Shown: positions 36,330 to 48,155, counted from the stretch's first letter. The stretch is 64,000 nt of DNA from Nitrospirota bacterium (GCA_963818475.1 CAWFSF010000002.1:672001-736000); one strand, 5' to 3'. The notes: generated by a model not told the origin, from the letters alone. Numbers and translations are program-made.

Positions 36330-36335
36330 GATGCG

Positions 36336-37933
36336 TTACTGCTCCGATCCTTGATAATGCGCATCGAAGAGGGTCTTGCCCGGCAGGCGTTTCACGCGGT
36401 GGTCTTTGTTCATGCTTGCATGCTCCAGGATCTTGAAAAGCGACTCGACCTGTTCTTCGGCTTTGATCGCCGTCGCCACTTCTTCAACCGTAAAGGAGCG
36501 TCCCGGATCGCTGCGCAACAGGGAGAGGGCATCGTGCTGAAGCTTGATGATCGCGCCTGCCATCTTCTTGCCCGCTTCCACGCCGGGCTGGTGATAGGCG
36601 TTCACGTTCACGAGCGCGGCATAGAGTCCCACGGCCCGCTCATACAGCGCGATCAGGGCGCCGATCGACCGGGCATCGAGCCGGTCGATGGTGATGGTGA
36701 TCGATTCCCGGTTGTTCTCGTACAAGGCGTTCCGCGTTCCCTGGAGATAGGCGCTCAGATAATCGCCGCTGGTGACACCGGGCTCCACTTCGAGCGACGA
36801 GCCGTTGCGGTCATGGAGCACTTCGATGAAGGTGGCGAAAAAGTTGTTCACGCCCTCGCGCAGCTGCTGCACGTAGGCATGCTGGTCCGTGGTGCCCTTG
36901 TTCCCGTAGACCGTGATGCCCTGGTTCACGACCTTGCCGTCCAGGTCCTTCTCTTTGCCGAGCGATTCCATCACCAGCTGCTGGAGGTATTTCGAGAAGA
37001 GCATCAGCCGGTCCTTGTAAGGAAGGATGACCATGTCCTTTGCCCCTTTGCCGCCCGTGGCATGATGCCAGGCAAGGGCAAGGAGTGCCGCGGGATTCGA
37101 GCCAACATCCCTGGACCGTGTTGCCTCATCGCATTGTGCCGCACCTTGTAGAAATTCTTCTATATCTATTCCCTGTAGAGCTGCCGGCAGGAGACCGACG
37201 GCGGACATCACAGATGTTCTCCCACCTATCCAGTCCCACATCGGGAAAGTTGCCAACCAGCCATCTTTTTTTGCTATTTCATGCAGCTTGCTTCCCACTT
37301 CTGTTATTGCAACGGCATGCCGTTCAAAGGAAAGCCCGGCTTTCTTGTAGGCTGCAGCGGCCTCGAGCATGCCGTTCCGCGTCTCAGCGGTGCCGCCGCT
37401 TTTGGAGATGACAATGGTGAGCGTCTTCTGAAGGTCATTGCCGATCTCGGCAAGCACACGGTCTATGCCGTCCGGGTCTGTATTATCCAGAAAGCTGGGC
37501 TTCATCCTGTCTGCGGACGTGCCGAGCGCGCTCGCTATGAATTGGGGGCCCAGGGCTGACCCGCCGATGCCGATGATCAGGATCCTTGAGAAAAGGACGT
37601 ACTTTCGCGGAACGATCTTGCCGGCATGTACGGCAAAGGCAAAGTCCTTGATGGCCTGCACGGTCTCCTCGATCTCGCGCCTGATCTCGGCGGACGGCGC
37701 GCGCTCCGGCTGCACGGAGCCAGTAGTGGCCGACCATGCGGTTCTCGTCCGGGTTCGCGATGCTGCCGGCCTCAAGCGCGTCCATGGCAGCGAAGGCCTT
37801 CTGCATCTCCGGTTCCATCCGATCCAGGAAGTCCGTCTTCAATGTTCATTCTGCTCGTATCGAGCATGAGGCCGATGGAGGGCGTGACGCAAAGACGCTG
37901 CTTGTATTGTTCCCAAAGCTGTTTTGCTTTCAT
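36336..37933 (-). CDS. pgi: Glucose-6-phosphate isomerase, frameshifts near 37840 and 37712
   Basis: [60 protein letters not shown]. Confidence 0.92.
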
Positions 37934-37981
37934 GGTCCGTTCCTTCTTGTAGAAAGGGGATCAGATGATCGTCTGGACGAA

Positions 37982-38230
37982 TTACTTTGCCTCGCTGCCG
38001 TAGACCGCCCTGATCCTGCGGCCGAGTTCGCGAAGCGCTTCGGAGAAGCTCATCCCCTGGCCCATAAGCTCCTGTATGACTGCTGCCTTGCTCAGCTCTT
38101 CGATCACCTTGTCGGTCTGGTCCACGATGTTGCAGCGGTTCTCCCCTTTCTCAAGCTGCTGCGCAATGCAGGTCTCAAGCTGTTCAGGCGAATACTTTTC
38201 GACAAGTTCTTTTATTTCAGCTGTTTTCAT
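37982..38230 (-). CDS. Hypothetical protein
   Basis: MKTAEIKELVEKYSPEQLETCI...ALRELGRRIR; compact ORF upstream of pgi. Confidence 0.65.
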   Translation of the reverse strand: MKTAEIKELVEKYSPEQLETCIAQQLEKGENRCNIVDQTDKVIEELSKAAVIQELMGQGMSFSEALRELGRRIRAVYGSEAK

Positions 38231-38328
38231 AAGAAGGAGACATGGCAACAACTTGTTTGATTTTAGCACAAAACCCCCTTGGTAAGGAAGTGCCGTTTTG
38301 GAAAAATACTGCGGAAGTCGGCCAGCTT

Positions 38329-38414
38329 GTCATTGCGAGGAGCGCAGCGACGCAGCACTCTCTTTTTTCGGGCAGATACAAACTGCGAGATTGCTTCGCT
38401 ACGCTCGCAAAGAC
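38329..38414. repeat. REP-like palindrome (GTCATTGCGAG...CTCGCAAAGAC type)
   Basis: GTCATTGCGAGGAGCGCAGCGACGCAGCACTC / GAGATTGCTTCGCTACGCTCGCAAAGAC. Confidence 0.75.
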
Positions 38415-38491
38415 GGCTTTTTTATCTTTATCGTGCACATCCTGGCAAAAAGATGTTTTGAGACCCTGCGCTTTGTGGTAATATACCGCCC

Positions 38492-39860
38492 ATGTTTGAA
38501 ACGGACACCATATGCGCAGTATCGACCGCGCCGGGACAGGGCGGGATCGGCATCATCCGCGTGAGCGGAGGAGATGCTATTGAGATAGCATCGCTAGTGT
38601 TCCGCTCACGCACCGGGCTCGCTCTTGCTGATGCAATGACCCATACGATCCATTACGGCCATGTCGTAGATGCAGCAGGTGAGATCATCGACGAAGCGCT
38701 GGTGAGCATCATGCGTGCGCCCGCAACGTATACGCGGGAGGATGTTGTCGAGATCAACTGTCATGGCGGCATGATGCCGCTCTGGCGCACCGTCGCCGTG
38801 CTTGTTGCTTCCGGAGCGCGCCAGGCAGAGCCAGGCGAGTTCACGAAGCGCGCGTTCTTGAACGGCAGGATAGACCTTACCCAGGCCGAGGCCGTGATGG
38901 ACATCATTTCGGCGCGCACGGAGCGGGCTCATCAGGCGGCGAACGAGCAGCTTTTAGGCGGCCTTTCGAAAGAGGTCACAACACTCCGCGACCGATTGAT
39001 CGGCATCATCGCATCGGTTGAAGCGGGCATCGATTTTCCCGAAGAAGATATTGAAACCCAGTCCGGTGGGCCCCTGGCGCGTGAGATCGCGGCGCTGGCC
39101 GAGGATGTCGCGTTGTTGCAGTCGAGTTTTGCCGCAGGCAGGATCCTGCGCGAAGGCTTCGCAACAGCGATCGTGGGCAAGCCGAACGTGGGCAAGTCGT
39201 CGCTCTTGAACGCTCTCCTGAAACAGGACCGGGCGATCGTGACCGATATCCCGGGCACGACGAGGGATATTATCGAGGAGTTCCTGAACATCGATGGCGT
39301 GCCGATCAGGATCGTGGATACCGCAGGCATACGACACAGCCATGATGTGGTGGAGCAGGAAGGTGTGCGCAGAAGCCATGCGGCCATCGAATCGGCCGAC
39401 ATCGTGCTCGTTGTGCTCGACAGCTCCGAACCGCTTTCCGACGAGGACCAGCAGGTGCTCAATGGCATCACTGAAAAGAAGGCTGTCCTGGTACTGAACA
39501 AAGCGGACAAGCCGAGGACAGCTTGAGCAGATAGCTTTGCCGCATCAGCAAGTCTCGCTCTCGTGCCGTACCGGTGAAGGGCTTTCGTTACTCAAGAACG
39601 CGATAGCTGCCATGGCCAAACAGGGTATGGTCATGCCGAAAGAGCATGCCTGGGCGGTGAACCAGCGGCATGTGTTCGCCCTTAACCAGGCGAAAGCAAG
39701 CTTGGACAAAGCGCTTGAGTCGGCTAGTGCCGCGCAATCGCCGGAGTTCATTGCTGTCGATCTCCGTGGCGCGCTGGACAGCCTGGGGCTGATTATCGGC
39801 GCGACCTATACGGATGATATCCTGGAGCGGATATTTAGTGAGTTCTGTATTGGGAAATAA
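38492..39860 (+). CDS. mnmE: tRNA modification GTPase MnmE, frameshift near 39525
   Basis: [22 protein letters not shown]; C-terminal IFSEFCIGK in the next ORF. Confidence 0.95.
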
Positions 39861-39876
39861 GGGATGGGAACCGCTA

Positions 39877-40100
39877 ATGAACACTAATGAACGCGAATTG
39901 CTTTTGAAGAATGAGGTTTATCAAATTGTGGGCGCGGCTATGGAAGTATCGAATCAGTTGGGTTGCGGTTTTCTGGAGGCGGTTTATCAGGAGGCTTTGG
40001 GGATTGAACTTGTTGAGCGAAAGACTCGAATGAAAACGGTATGTCAATACAAAGGGGAACCGCTAACAGCCTCAACGCCAGATGTAAAAGAAATTATTAG
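39877..40100 (+). pseudogene. Internally deleted GxxExxY protein flanked by inverted periodic repeats
   Basis: [33 protein letters not shown]; nuclease core missing. Confidence 0.8.
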
Positions 40101-40169
40101 CGTCCATTCGTGTGTATTCGCGGACAAATTCCCCGCTGCACGCAACGGCGAATTGCAAGTTAAACCTTT

Positions 40170-42047
40170 ATGACCCTTCAAAAACCATACGACGTCATTG
40201 TCATCGGCGCAGGCCATGCCGGGTGCGAGGCCGCGCTTGCTGCCGCGCGCATGGGCGCTTCCACGCTCATGCTCACCATGAACCTGGACAGCATCGCGCT
40301 CATGTCCTGCAACCCCGCTATCGGCGGTCTGGCCAAGGGACATCTCGTGAAGGAGATCGATGCCCTGGGCGGGGAGATGGGGAAGATCATCGACCGGACC
40401 GGCATCCAGTTCCGCACGTTGAACAAGAGCAAGGGACCGGCCGTGCGCGGTACTCGGGCCCAGGCAGACAAGCAGCGCTACCGCATTGCTATGAAAGAGT
40501 CGGTCGAGAAGCAGCCGCAGCTTGATGTGAAGCAGGGGCTGGTTGAGAAGCTTCTTGTTGAGGACAACAGGATCGTTGGGGTTGAGACGAACATCGGCGT
40601 TCAGTACCTTTCTTCTACAGTGATCATCACCACCGGCACATTCTTAAAAGGCCTTATTCATATCGGGCTCGTGCACTATCCTTCAGGCAGGGCAGGGGAG
40701 TTCCCGTCAGTTGGGTTGTCTGACAGCTTGAGGGAATTGGGATTCGAGATCGCCAGGCTCAAGACCGGAACACCCGCGCGTTTGAACGGAAGGACCATTG
40801 ATTTTTCGACGATGAAGCCGCAGCCAGGAGACGACCCGGCGCCGTTCTTCTCATTCACCGAAAATATTCATCCACTCCCACAAGTACCCTGCTATTTAAC
40901 TTACACAAGCACAGTTACCCATGAAATAATACGCAATAACCTTGACCGTTCCCCACTTTATGCTGGAATCATAAAAGGTACCGGCCCGCGCTATTGCCCG
41001 TCCATTGAGGATAAGGTAATGCGGTTCTCTGACCGAGAGCGGCATCAGGTCTTTCTGGAACCAGAGGGGCTGGACACTGAAGAGTACTATGCCAACGGCG
41101 TATCAACGAGCCTGCCTTATGATGTGCAGTTGATGTTGTATCGCTCCATCGCAGGTCTCGAAGAAGTTGAGATCATGCGTCCAGCTTATGCTATTGAATA
41201 CGACTTCGCGCCGCCGACACAGATCAAGCATTCGCTCGAGACGAAGAAGATCACGGGCGTTTACTTTGCGGGCCAGATCAACGGGACCTCGGGGTATGAA
41301 GAAGCTGCAGCCCAGGGGCTGATGGCCGGCATCAATGCAGCGCTCTCCGTGCAGAAGCGTCCGCCGCTCATACTCTCCCGTGCCGAAGCATACATCGGTG
41401 TTCTTATCGATGACCTGGTGACGCGCGGGACACTGGAGCCTTACCGCATGTTCACTTCGCGCGCGGAGTACCGGCTGATCCTGCGCGAAGACAACGCTGA
41501 TCAACGGCTCCGCCTTCACGGGCATGAAGTCGGGCTGGTGTCTGACGATGTCTTTCAACAATATAAAGAAAAGCAGTCATCGATCGAGCAGGAGATTTCG
41601 CGGCTCAGAAAGATATGGATAAAACCCGGGCCGGACGTTAATGAACTGTTGCTCAAGAAGGGGACGGCAGCGCTTTCGGCGGAAGCGTCTCTTGACCAGC
41701 TGCTCAAACGGCCGGAACTGGGATACGAAGAGATCGAAAGAATAAGCCCGCCGGAAGAGCCGCTCGCAGCTGCGGCCGAAGAACAGGTCGAGATCCAGGT
41801 GAAGTACGAGGGCTACATTCAGCGCCAGCTCGAACAGGTGGAGCGCTTCGCTTCGCTCGAACAAAAAGAAGTTCCCGCTGACCTGGACTACGACGCCATA
41901 ACCGGGCTCGGCGCCGAGGTCAAACAGAAGCTGAAGCAGGTGCGGCCGGTTTCGCTCGGCCAGGCTTCGCGCATCTCGGGCGTTACCCCGGCGGCGATAT
42001 CGCTTTTGATGGTGGCGCTTGAGAAACGGAAGAGAGGAAGAGCATAG
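40170..42047 (+). CDS. mnmG: tRNA uridine-5-carboxymethylaminomethyl synthesis enzyme MnmG
   Basis: [47 protein letters not shown]. Confidence 0.98.
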   Translation: MTLQKPYDVIVIGAGHAGCEAALAAARMGASTLMLTMNLDSIALMSCNPAIGGLAKGHLVKEIDALGGEMGKIIDRTGIQFRTLNKSKGPAVRGTRAQADKQRYRIAMKESVEKQPQLDVKQGLVEKLLVEDNRIVGVETNIGVQYLSSTVIITTGTFLKGLIHIGLVHYPSGRAGEFPSVGLSDSLRELGFEIARLKTGTPARLNGRTIDFSTMKPQPGDDPAPFFSFTENIHPLPQVPCYLTYTSTVTHEIIRNNLDRSPLYAGIIKGTGPRYCPSIEDKVMRFSDRERHQVFLEPEGLDTEEYYANGVSTSLPYDVQLMLYRSIAGLEEVEIMRPAYAIEYDFAPPTQIKHSLETKKITGVYFAGQINGTSGYEEAAAQGLMAGINAALSVQKRPPLILSRAEAYIGVLIDDLVTRGTLEPYRMFTSRAEYRLILREDNADQRLRLHGHEVGLVSDDVFQQYKEKQSSIEQEISRLRKIWIKPGPDVNELLLKKGTAALSAEASLDQLLKRPELGYEEIERISPPEEPLAAAAEEQVEIQVKYEGYIQRQLEQVERFASLEQKEVPADLDYDAITGLGAEVKQKLKQVRPVSLGQASRISGVTPAAISLLMVALEKRKRGRA

Positions 42048-42068
42048 GGCAACAATGCGGAGCTTTTA

Positions 42069-42162
42069 TCGCGAGAGCGCGAGGGACGCGAGGACGTCAA
42101 GAACAAGGAATGACTTTAGTTCAAGACTTCCTGCTTTCCTCGCGACCCTTGCGCCCTCGCGA
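42069..42162. repeat. Palindromic element with periodic CGCGAG arms
   Basis: TCGCGAGAGCGCGAGGGACGCGAGGA / TCCTCGCGACCCTTGCGCCCTCGCGA. Confidence 0.7.
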
Positions 42163-42205
42163 GATCCAGGTTTTGTTTCTTATTTGAGCAGATTAGGATA
42201 TCACC

Positions 42206-42850
42206 ATGACACCCAGGGAATTATTGATAGCAGGTTCGAAGGAACTCGGCATTGCCCTTTCGATAGAGCAGGTGAACTCCTTCTTTGTCTATCTTGCCGA
42301 GCTTAAGAAATGGAACCGGAAGATCAACCTGACCGCGATCACGGAAGAGCGGGATACGGTGATCAAGCATCTGCTCGACTCCCTTTCCTATTTAAAGGCA
42401 TTCGCTCCCGTGCCGGGCCTGCGGCTTTTGGACATGGGTTCAGGAGCCGGCTTTCCCGCCATCCCGCTCAAGATCGCGGCTCCTGATATTTCCATCACCA
42501 TGGTGGAATCGGTCAAGAAGAAGGCTTCTTTTCTACGGCATATTGTCCGGACGCTTCCGCTGGAAGCAGTGGAGATCCTTGATAAAAGGATGGAAGAGCT
42601 TCCGGATACCTATCTTTCCTCATTTGATATAGTGACGGCCCGAGCCTTTGCCGAGATGCCGGAAGCGCTGGGTCATGGCGTGATGTTCCTTAAACCGGGC
42701 GGGCTTATGATATTGAGCCGCGGGCCGGAGGAAACAATAGCTGATCAAGAACTGGACAAGGCCGGAGTGAAGGTTGAACAACGGCTTGAGCTTGTTCTCC
42801 CGCATTCTGACTATAGGCGCTCGATCTGGGTCTTTAAGAAGGTAGGATGA
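42206..42850 (+). CDS. rsmG: 16S rRNA m7G527 methyltransferase
   Basis: WNRKINLTAI, HLLDSL, DMGSGAGFP, ARAFA. Confidence 0.96.
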   Translation: MTPRELLIAGSKELGIALSIEQVNSFFVYLAELKKWNRKINLTAITEERDTVIKHLLDSLSYLKAFAPVPGLRLLDMGSGAGFPAIPLKIAAPDISITMVESVKKKASFLRHIVRTLPLEAVEILDKRMEELPDTYLSSFDIVTARAFAEMPEALGHGVMFLKPGGLMILSRGPEETIADQELDKAGVKVEQRLELVLPHSDYRRSIWVFKKVG

Positions 42851-42856
42851 TGGCCA

Positions 42857-42872
42857 TGTTCCACGTGGAACG
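42857..42872. promoter_or_regulatory. parS site 1
   Basis: TGTTCCACGTGGAACG, matches the parS consensus; near parAB. Confidence 0.88.
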
Positions 42873-43043
42873 TTCTAATTTCGGATTTCGGATTGCGGAT
42901 TTCGGAATGCGGAATGAAGTACAAACCTATTCCGTTAAAGATTAATCCGCCGTTATCCGGTCCTTATCCGATCTTATCCGTGTCAAAGGTTCTTTAGATT
43001 TTCTCTGTGTCTCTGTGGTTAGCTTTATTACGAAAGAATCCAA

Positions 43044-44111
43044 ATGCTAGACGGTTCACTTACCATACCGCCTGAATGGCGGACAGCTGCTGAAGAGATC
43101 GCGGGCCAGGGCGGGCCGGTGCTGGTCATGGGCGCGCCCGGATCGGGCAAGACTACCTTTTGTCTTTATCTTACCGGCTGCTTCTTCCGTCTGAACAAGA
43201 AGGTTGCCTGGATCGATGCCGACCCGGGCCAGCCTTTTGTCGGTCCTCCGGCTGTATTGTCTCTTTCGCTCTATGCCGATGCCGCCGATCTGCTGAAGCG
43301 CAAGACCGCCACTGCCATGTGCTTTATCGGCAATACCAGCCCGGTGGGCCGTTTGCTCGAAATGATCGCCGGCGTGGAGAAGCTCTGCACCCTTGCCCGG
43401 ACCCTTGAGCCGGATCTGATCGTTATCAATACCTGCGGACTGGTGAACGGCGGCGCTGCCCGGGAGCTCCGGTACCATGAGGTCGACATCCTCGCCCCGC
43501 GCTATGTGGTCGCGCTCCAGAGAACGAACGAGATCGAGCACCTCCTGGCTCCCCATGCTCACCGCGCCGGATTGCTTTTGCTCCGTCTGCCGGTACCGGC
43601 CGATGCCAGGGTCTCGACCCGCGAGGCACGGCAGGCGGTACGGGAACTGCGCTTTAAGGAATATTTCCGGGGAGCGGATTTCCTCGAGATCGCGCTGCAT
43701 GACGTCGGCGTCCACGGCCCTGGGCTTCAAACGGGCGAACGGCTCGGTTTCCGCGACATCAACAAAATTTCGAAGATCATACAGGGCATCGTGGTCCATG
43801 CCGAGCTTTCCGCGGACCGGCTCTTCCTTTTACTGGAAGGCAATTACTCCGAAGAGGAGCTGTATACTGCCAGGCAGCAGTACGGCGTTCGCGAGATTTC
43901 GGTCATGAAGATGTCCGAACTGGACCATCTGCTCATCGGTCTTAATGACAACCAGAACCGCTGCCTCGGCCTCGGAATCCTGCGCGCCATCGATCTGAAA
44001 GAGCAGACCCTGCGGGTGATCACCCCGATCAGGGACGCATCGCCGATCCATAATCTTTCGATCGGCACGATCCGCGTCAGCCCGACCGGGGTGGAACTGG
44101 GGCAGGTGTGA
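43044..44111 (+). CDS. Clp1/Grc3(NOL9)-family polynucleotide 5'-OH kinase
   Basis: Walker A GAPGSGKTT, DADPGQ..VGPP, INTCGLV, R...RE..F..YF, C-terminal LIGL.D....CLGLGIL. Confidence 0.8.
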   Translation: MLDGSLTIPPEWRTAAEEIAGQGGPVLVMGAPGSGKTTFCLYLTGCFFRLNKKVAWIDADPGQPFVGPPAVLSLSLYADAADLLKRKTATAMCFIGNTSPVGRLLEMIAGVEKLCTLARTLEPDLIVINTCGLVNGGAARELRYHEVDILAPRYVVALQRTNEIEHLLAPHAHRAGLLLLRLPVPADARVSTREARQAVRELRFKEYFRGADFLEIALHDVGVHGPGLQTGERLGFRDINKISKIIQGIVVHAELSADRLFLLLEGNYSEEELYTARQQYGVREISVMKMSELDHLLIGLNDNQNRCLGLGILRAIDLKEQTLRVITPIRDASPIHNLSIGTIRVSPTGVELGQV

Positions 44112-44127
44112 TGTTCCACGTGGAACA
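44112..44127. promoter_or_regulatory. parS site 2
   Basis: Perfect palindrome TGTTCCACGTGGAACA. Confidence 0.92.
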
Positions 44128-44172
44128 TTGCAAATGCGGAATGCGGATTGCGGAATGAATGGCAAAGGGCAG

Positions 44173-44432
44173 TTGGACACGGATTTACACGGATGAGCTC
44201 GGATCTAGCAAGGGCCCCGAATCAAAATCTCGCCTTATTGTTGATCTTATAAACTGAAATCAAAAAACATGGACCTCTTTGAAGGAGAAAGTGAGAAGTT
44301 GGGGGAAAAGGGGTAATTGTCTTTTCTTAAGAGTTTATCCCCCCTTCACCATTTTTCTCCATTTCTCCTGAACGGTTCTGCCTCGCGTTTTTATCCGCCC
44401 TTATCCGATGTTACCGCCTCTTCCGTGTCCAA
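44173..44432. repeat. Nested palindromic element (TTGGACACGGA...TCCGTGTCCAA) with an inner purine/pyrimidine palindrome
   Basis: 11-bp terminal inverted repeat; related arms at ~22375-22452, ~42945-42990, 53467-53579 and ~55916-55970. Confidence 0.65.
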
Positions 44433-44494
44433 AGGTTCTTCCCGGGTTTCCTTTTCTTCCCTCGCGCAAATTAGTTTCCAAAAAACGCAACTCT

Positions 44495-44510
44495 TATGAC
44501 CCCCGTCATA
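44495..44510 (+). promoter_or_regulatory. Putative CRP/FNR-family (HcpR-like) binding site upstream of hcp
   Basis: TATGA-N6-TCATA palindrome, centre about 30 bp upstream of -10 TAGTAT (44532). Confidence 0.55.
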
Positions 44511-44584
44511 TGCGATTTACGAAACCTCCTGTAGTATGGCCCTCACCATCAGGAACACATACCACCATTCTCCAGGAGGGAACT

Positions 44585-46273
44585 ATGTTTTGTTATCAAT
44601 GTGAACAGGCAGCAAACGGCAAAGGATGCACCAAGATCGGGGTATGCGGCAAGGACCCGGAGTTATCATCGCTTCAGGACCTCTTGATCTATTCCATGAA
44701 AGGGCTTTCGCTCGTTGCGGTTGAAGGCAGGGGGCACGGCGTCAATGACCAGGAAGTCAACCTCTTCCTGACCAAAGGGCTCTTTTCAACGCTCACGAAC
44801 GTCGATTTCGATCCCAAGCGGTTCGAAACGCTTATCAAGAAGAGCGTTGAGCTCCGCGAAGAACTGAAGGCGAAGGTCAAGAGCAGCAGGCGGCAGAACG
44901 GACTTCACGCACGGCAGCGCTTCCTTTAAACCGGCAGCGACCGTCGAGGCATTGGCAAAACAGGGCCGCGAGGTGAGGGAGCGGGTGCCCGATGCAATGA
45001 TCAACCCCGATATCCAGTCGCTCCAGGACATTCTTCTGTTCGGGCTCAAAGGCGTGGCTGCCTATGCAGACCATGCCCAGATCCTCGGGAAGACCGACGA
45101 TACGGTCTATGCCTTCATGGCCGAAGCTTTGGCTGCCATGACCGGCACCGATCTCGGTCTGAACGAATGGGTCGCGCTTGTGCTGAAGTGCGGCGAGGTC
45201 AATCTCAAGGCCATGGAGATCCTCGATGGCGGCAACACCGGCACCTTCGGCCATCCGGTACCGACCAAGGTCCCGCTCGGCGCGAAAAAAGGCAAGGCCA
45301 TCCTTGTTTCCGGCCATGACCTCAAAGACCTTGATATGATCCTGAAGCAGAGCGAAGGCAAGGGGATCAATGTCTATACCCACGGCGAGATGCTGCCGGC
45401 CCATGGCTACCCGAGCCTCAAGAAATATCCGCACTTCTACGGCCATTACGGTACGGCCTGGCAGAACCAGCACAAGGAGTTCGCGCATTTCCCCGGCGCC
45501 ATCGTGATGACCACGAACTGCATCCAGAAGCCGCTGGCATCGTACAAGGACAATCTCTTTACCTGCGGACTGGTGGGCTGGCCTGATGTGAAGCATATTT
45601 CCGACGGCAATTTCGCTTCTGTGATCGAGAAGGCCCAGGCTCTTCCCGGGCTTCACCGGCCGACGCACCGGGCAAGGAAGTGTTCGCTGGATTTGCGCGC
45701 AATGCGGTGCTCGGCGTGGCGGACAAGGTGATCGATGCGGTCAAGGCAGGGAATATCCGCCACTTCTTCCTCGTGGGCGGGTGCGACGGCGCAAAGCCGG
45801 GCAGGAACTACTATACGGAGTTCGTGGAAAAAGCGCCCAAGGACACCATCGTCATGACCTTGGCCTGCGGCAAGTTCCGCTTCTTTGACAAGAACCTGGG
45901 AGACATCGGCGGCATCCCGCGCCTCCTCGACATCGGCCAGTGCAACGACGCCTACTCGGCGATCCAGATCGCGGTCGCGCTTTCCAAGGCCTTCAACATC
46001 GGCGTGAACGAACTGCCGTTGTCGCTGGTCCTGTCCTGGTACGAGCAGAAGGCCGTGGCGATCCTGCTCTCCCTGCTGTCTTTGGGAATCAAGGACATCC
46101 GGCTTGGGCCGACGCTTCCGGCATTCATCACGCCGAACGTGCTCGACGTGCTGGTCAAGAACTTCGACATCAAGCCCATTGCAGCAACGGCTGAAGAGGA
46201 CCTCGAAACGATCCTCGGGCCCTGCTGGAACAGGACCAAGGCGGAGTGCACCGCAGAAGCTGCGGCCGTGTAA
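44585..46273 (+). CDS. hcp: Hybrid cluster protein (hydroxylamine reductase), frameshifts near 44885 and 45650
   Basis: MFCYQCEQ...[48 protein letters not shown]. Confidence 0.95.
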
Positions 46274-46298
46274 TACGCTCGTATCGATGAAAGTTCAC

Positions 46299-46330
46299 GG
46301 CAGGACGGATTCTTTCGTCCTGCCTTTTTT
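46299..46330 (+). terminator. Intrinsic terminator after hcp
   Basis: GGCAGGACG/CGTCCTGCC stem plus T tract. Confidence 0.8.
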
Positions 46331-46350
46331 ATTGCGCAGATGTTCTTTTT

Positions 46351-46465
46351 ATTTCGGATTGCGGATTTCGGATTGCGGATTAAAACCTCGGGAACCCTGC
46401 CGTTCCATCCTCAGCTAGTTGTCAAAGGTGTTCATTCCGCAATCCGCAATCCGAAATCCGCAATG
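46351..46465. repeat. Heptamer-periodic palindrome (ATTGCGG/CCGCAAT)
   Basis: ATTTCGGATTGCGGATTTCGGATTGCGGATT ... ATTCCGCAATCCGCAATCCGAAATCCGCAAT. Confidence 0.8.
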
Positions 46466-46554
46466 CCATCACCCCGTTTTTCCCTTCCTTTTATCATGCT
46501 CCTATGGTAAATTACCAGTTCTTAATCAGCAGGAGCGGAGGGATCCAGAAGCTC

Positions 46555-47332
46555 ATGGGCAGAGTTATCGCAATCGCCAATCAGAAGGGCGGCGTGGGGA
46601 AGACCACCACCACGGTCAACATCGCTGCCTCGCTCGCTGCGGCGGAAAAAAAAGTGCTGCTCATCGACGCCGATCCGCAGGGCAACTCCACGAGCGGCAT
46701 GGGCATTGACCGCAAGGACATCACCGGCAGCACCTACGACCTCTTTACGGGCAAGAAATCCTTTGCCGAGATCAAAAAAAACACTCACTTCCCCTGGCTC
46801 GACGTGGTGCCTGCCGGCATCGACCTGGTGGGCGTCGAGATCGAGCTCATCCACACCATCGCCCGGGAGCGCGTGCTCAAGAAGGCCATCGCCTTGTTCC
46901 GGGATAATTACGATTACATCTTCATCGACTGCCCGCCGTCTTTGGGGCTTCTGACCGTGAACGCCCTGACCGCGGCCGACGCGGTGCTGATCCCGGTCCA
47001 GACGGAGTACTATGCGCTGGAAGGGCTGTCGGCGCTGATGAACACCATCAAGCTGATCAAGCAGGACCTGAACCCCGATCTTGCGATCGAAGGCGTGCTG
47101 CTCACCATGTACGACAGCCGGAACAACCTGGCCACGCAGGTATCGGAGGAAGTGCGCAAGTACTTCGGCGACAAGGTCTATCACCACCGTCATTCACCGC
47201 AACGTTGCCCTGAGCGAGGCGCCGAGCCACGGCAAGCCCGTGCTGCTCTACGACATCCGCTCCCGCGGGGCGCAAAGCTACCTCGAACTTGCCAAGGAGG
47301 TCATCAACAATGCAAAAGCAGGCGCTCGGTAA
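46555..47332 (+). CDS. parA: ParA/Soj ATPase, frameshift near 47180
   Basis: [25 protein letters not shown]; [14 protein letters not shown] in the second frame. Confidence 0.95.
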
Positions 47333-48155
47333 AGGCCTCGGCGCGCTCATCCCGGACCTGTCCGCGCTCAACGATAAAGAGCGCAAGGCGCTCGGCATCG
47401 CCGAGATCGAGCTGGACAAGATCGTGCCGAACGAGTTCCAGCCGCGGAAAACATTCCAGGACGACGCACTGAAGGAGCTTGCCGCGTCGATCAAAGAACA
47501 CGGCGTGATCCAGCCGATCATCGTGCACCGCATCGGCACGAACTACGGGCTCATCGCGGGCGAGCGCCGGTGGCGCGCGTCACGGCTCGCGGGTCTCAAG
47601 ACCATCCCGGCGCTGGTGAAGGAAGCGACCAAGCGCGAGCTCATCGAGCAGGCCCTGATCGAGAACATCCAGCGCGAGGACCTGAACCCGCTCGAAGCAG
47701 CCGAAGCGTACAAGCGGCTGCAGGACGAGTTCAAGCTGACGCAGGAAGATCTCGCGAAGCGCGTGGGCAAAGAGCGCTCGACCGTCACGAACTTCCTCCG
47801 CATCCTCAGCCTTCCCAAGGAAATAAAGCACGACCTGGCAGAGGGCAACCTCAGCATGGGCCATGCCAAAGCGCTGCTGTCGATGGAGCGCGTGCGCGAC
47901 CAGGTACAGGCCGCGCTCATGATCGTGAAGAAGGGGCTGTCGGTGCGCGAGGCAGAAGCGCTTGCAGGCAAGCTCAAGAATCCCGCAAAAGAGAAAAAAC
48001 CGAAGATCGGCCACGAGCTCAAGGCAGTCGAAGACAAGCTCAGGAAATCGCTCGGCACCAAGGTGAGCATCACGGCCAAGGCCAAAGGCGGCAGGATCGT
48101 GATCGACTATTACTCGGCCGAAGAGCTGGACCGGATACTGGAGAAGATCGGGTAA
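47310..48155 (+). CDS. parB: ParB/Spo0J CTPase
   Basis: [35 protein letters not shown]. Confidence 0.97.
   Translation: MQKQALGKGLGALIPDLSALNDKERKALGIAEIELDKIVPNEFQPRKTFQDDALKELAASIKEHGVIQPIIVHRIGTNYGLIAGERRWRASRLAGLKTIPALVKEATKRELIEQALIENIQREDLNPLEAAEAYKRLQDEFKLTQEDLAKRVGKERSTVTNFLRILSLPKEIKHDLAEGNLSMGHAKALLSMERVRDQVQAALMIVKKGLSVREAEALAGKLKNPAKEKKPKIGHELKAVEDKLRKSLGTKVSITAKAKGGRIVIDYYSAEELDRILEKIG

Noticed and set aside
42878-43025. Short tandem repeats considered as a CRISPR array
   Set aside because: No 23-47 bp direct repeats with unique spacers and no cas genes anywhere in the window.
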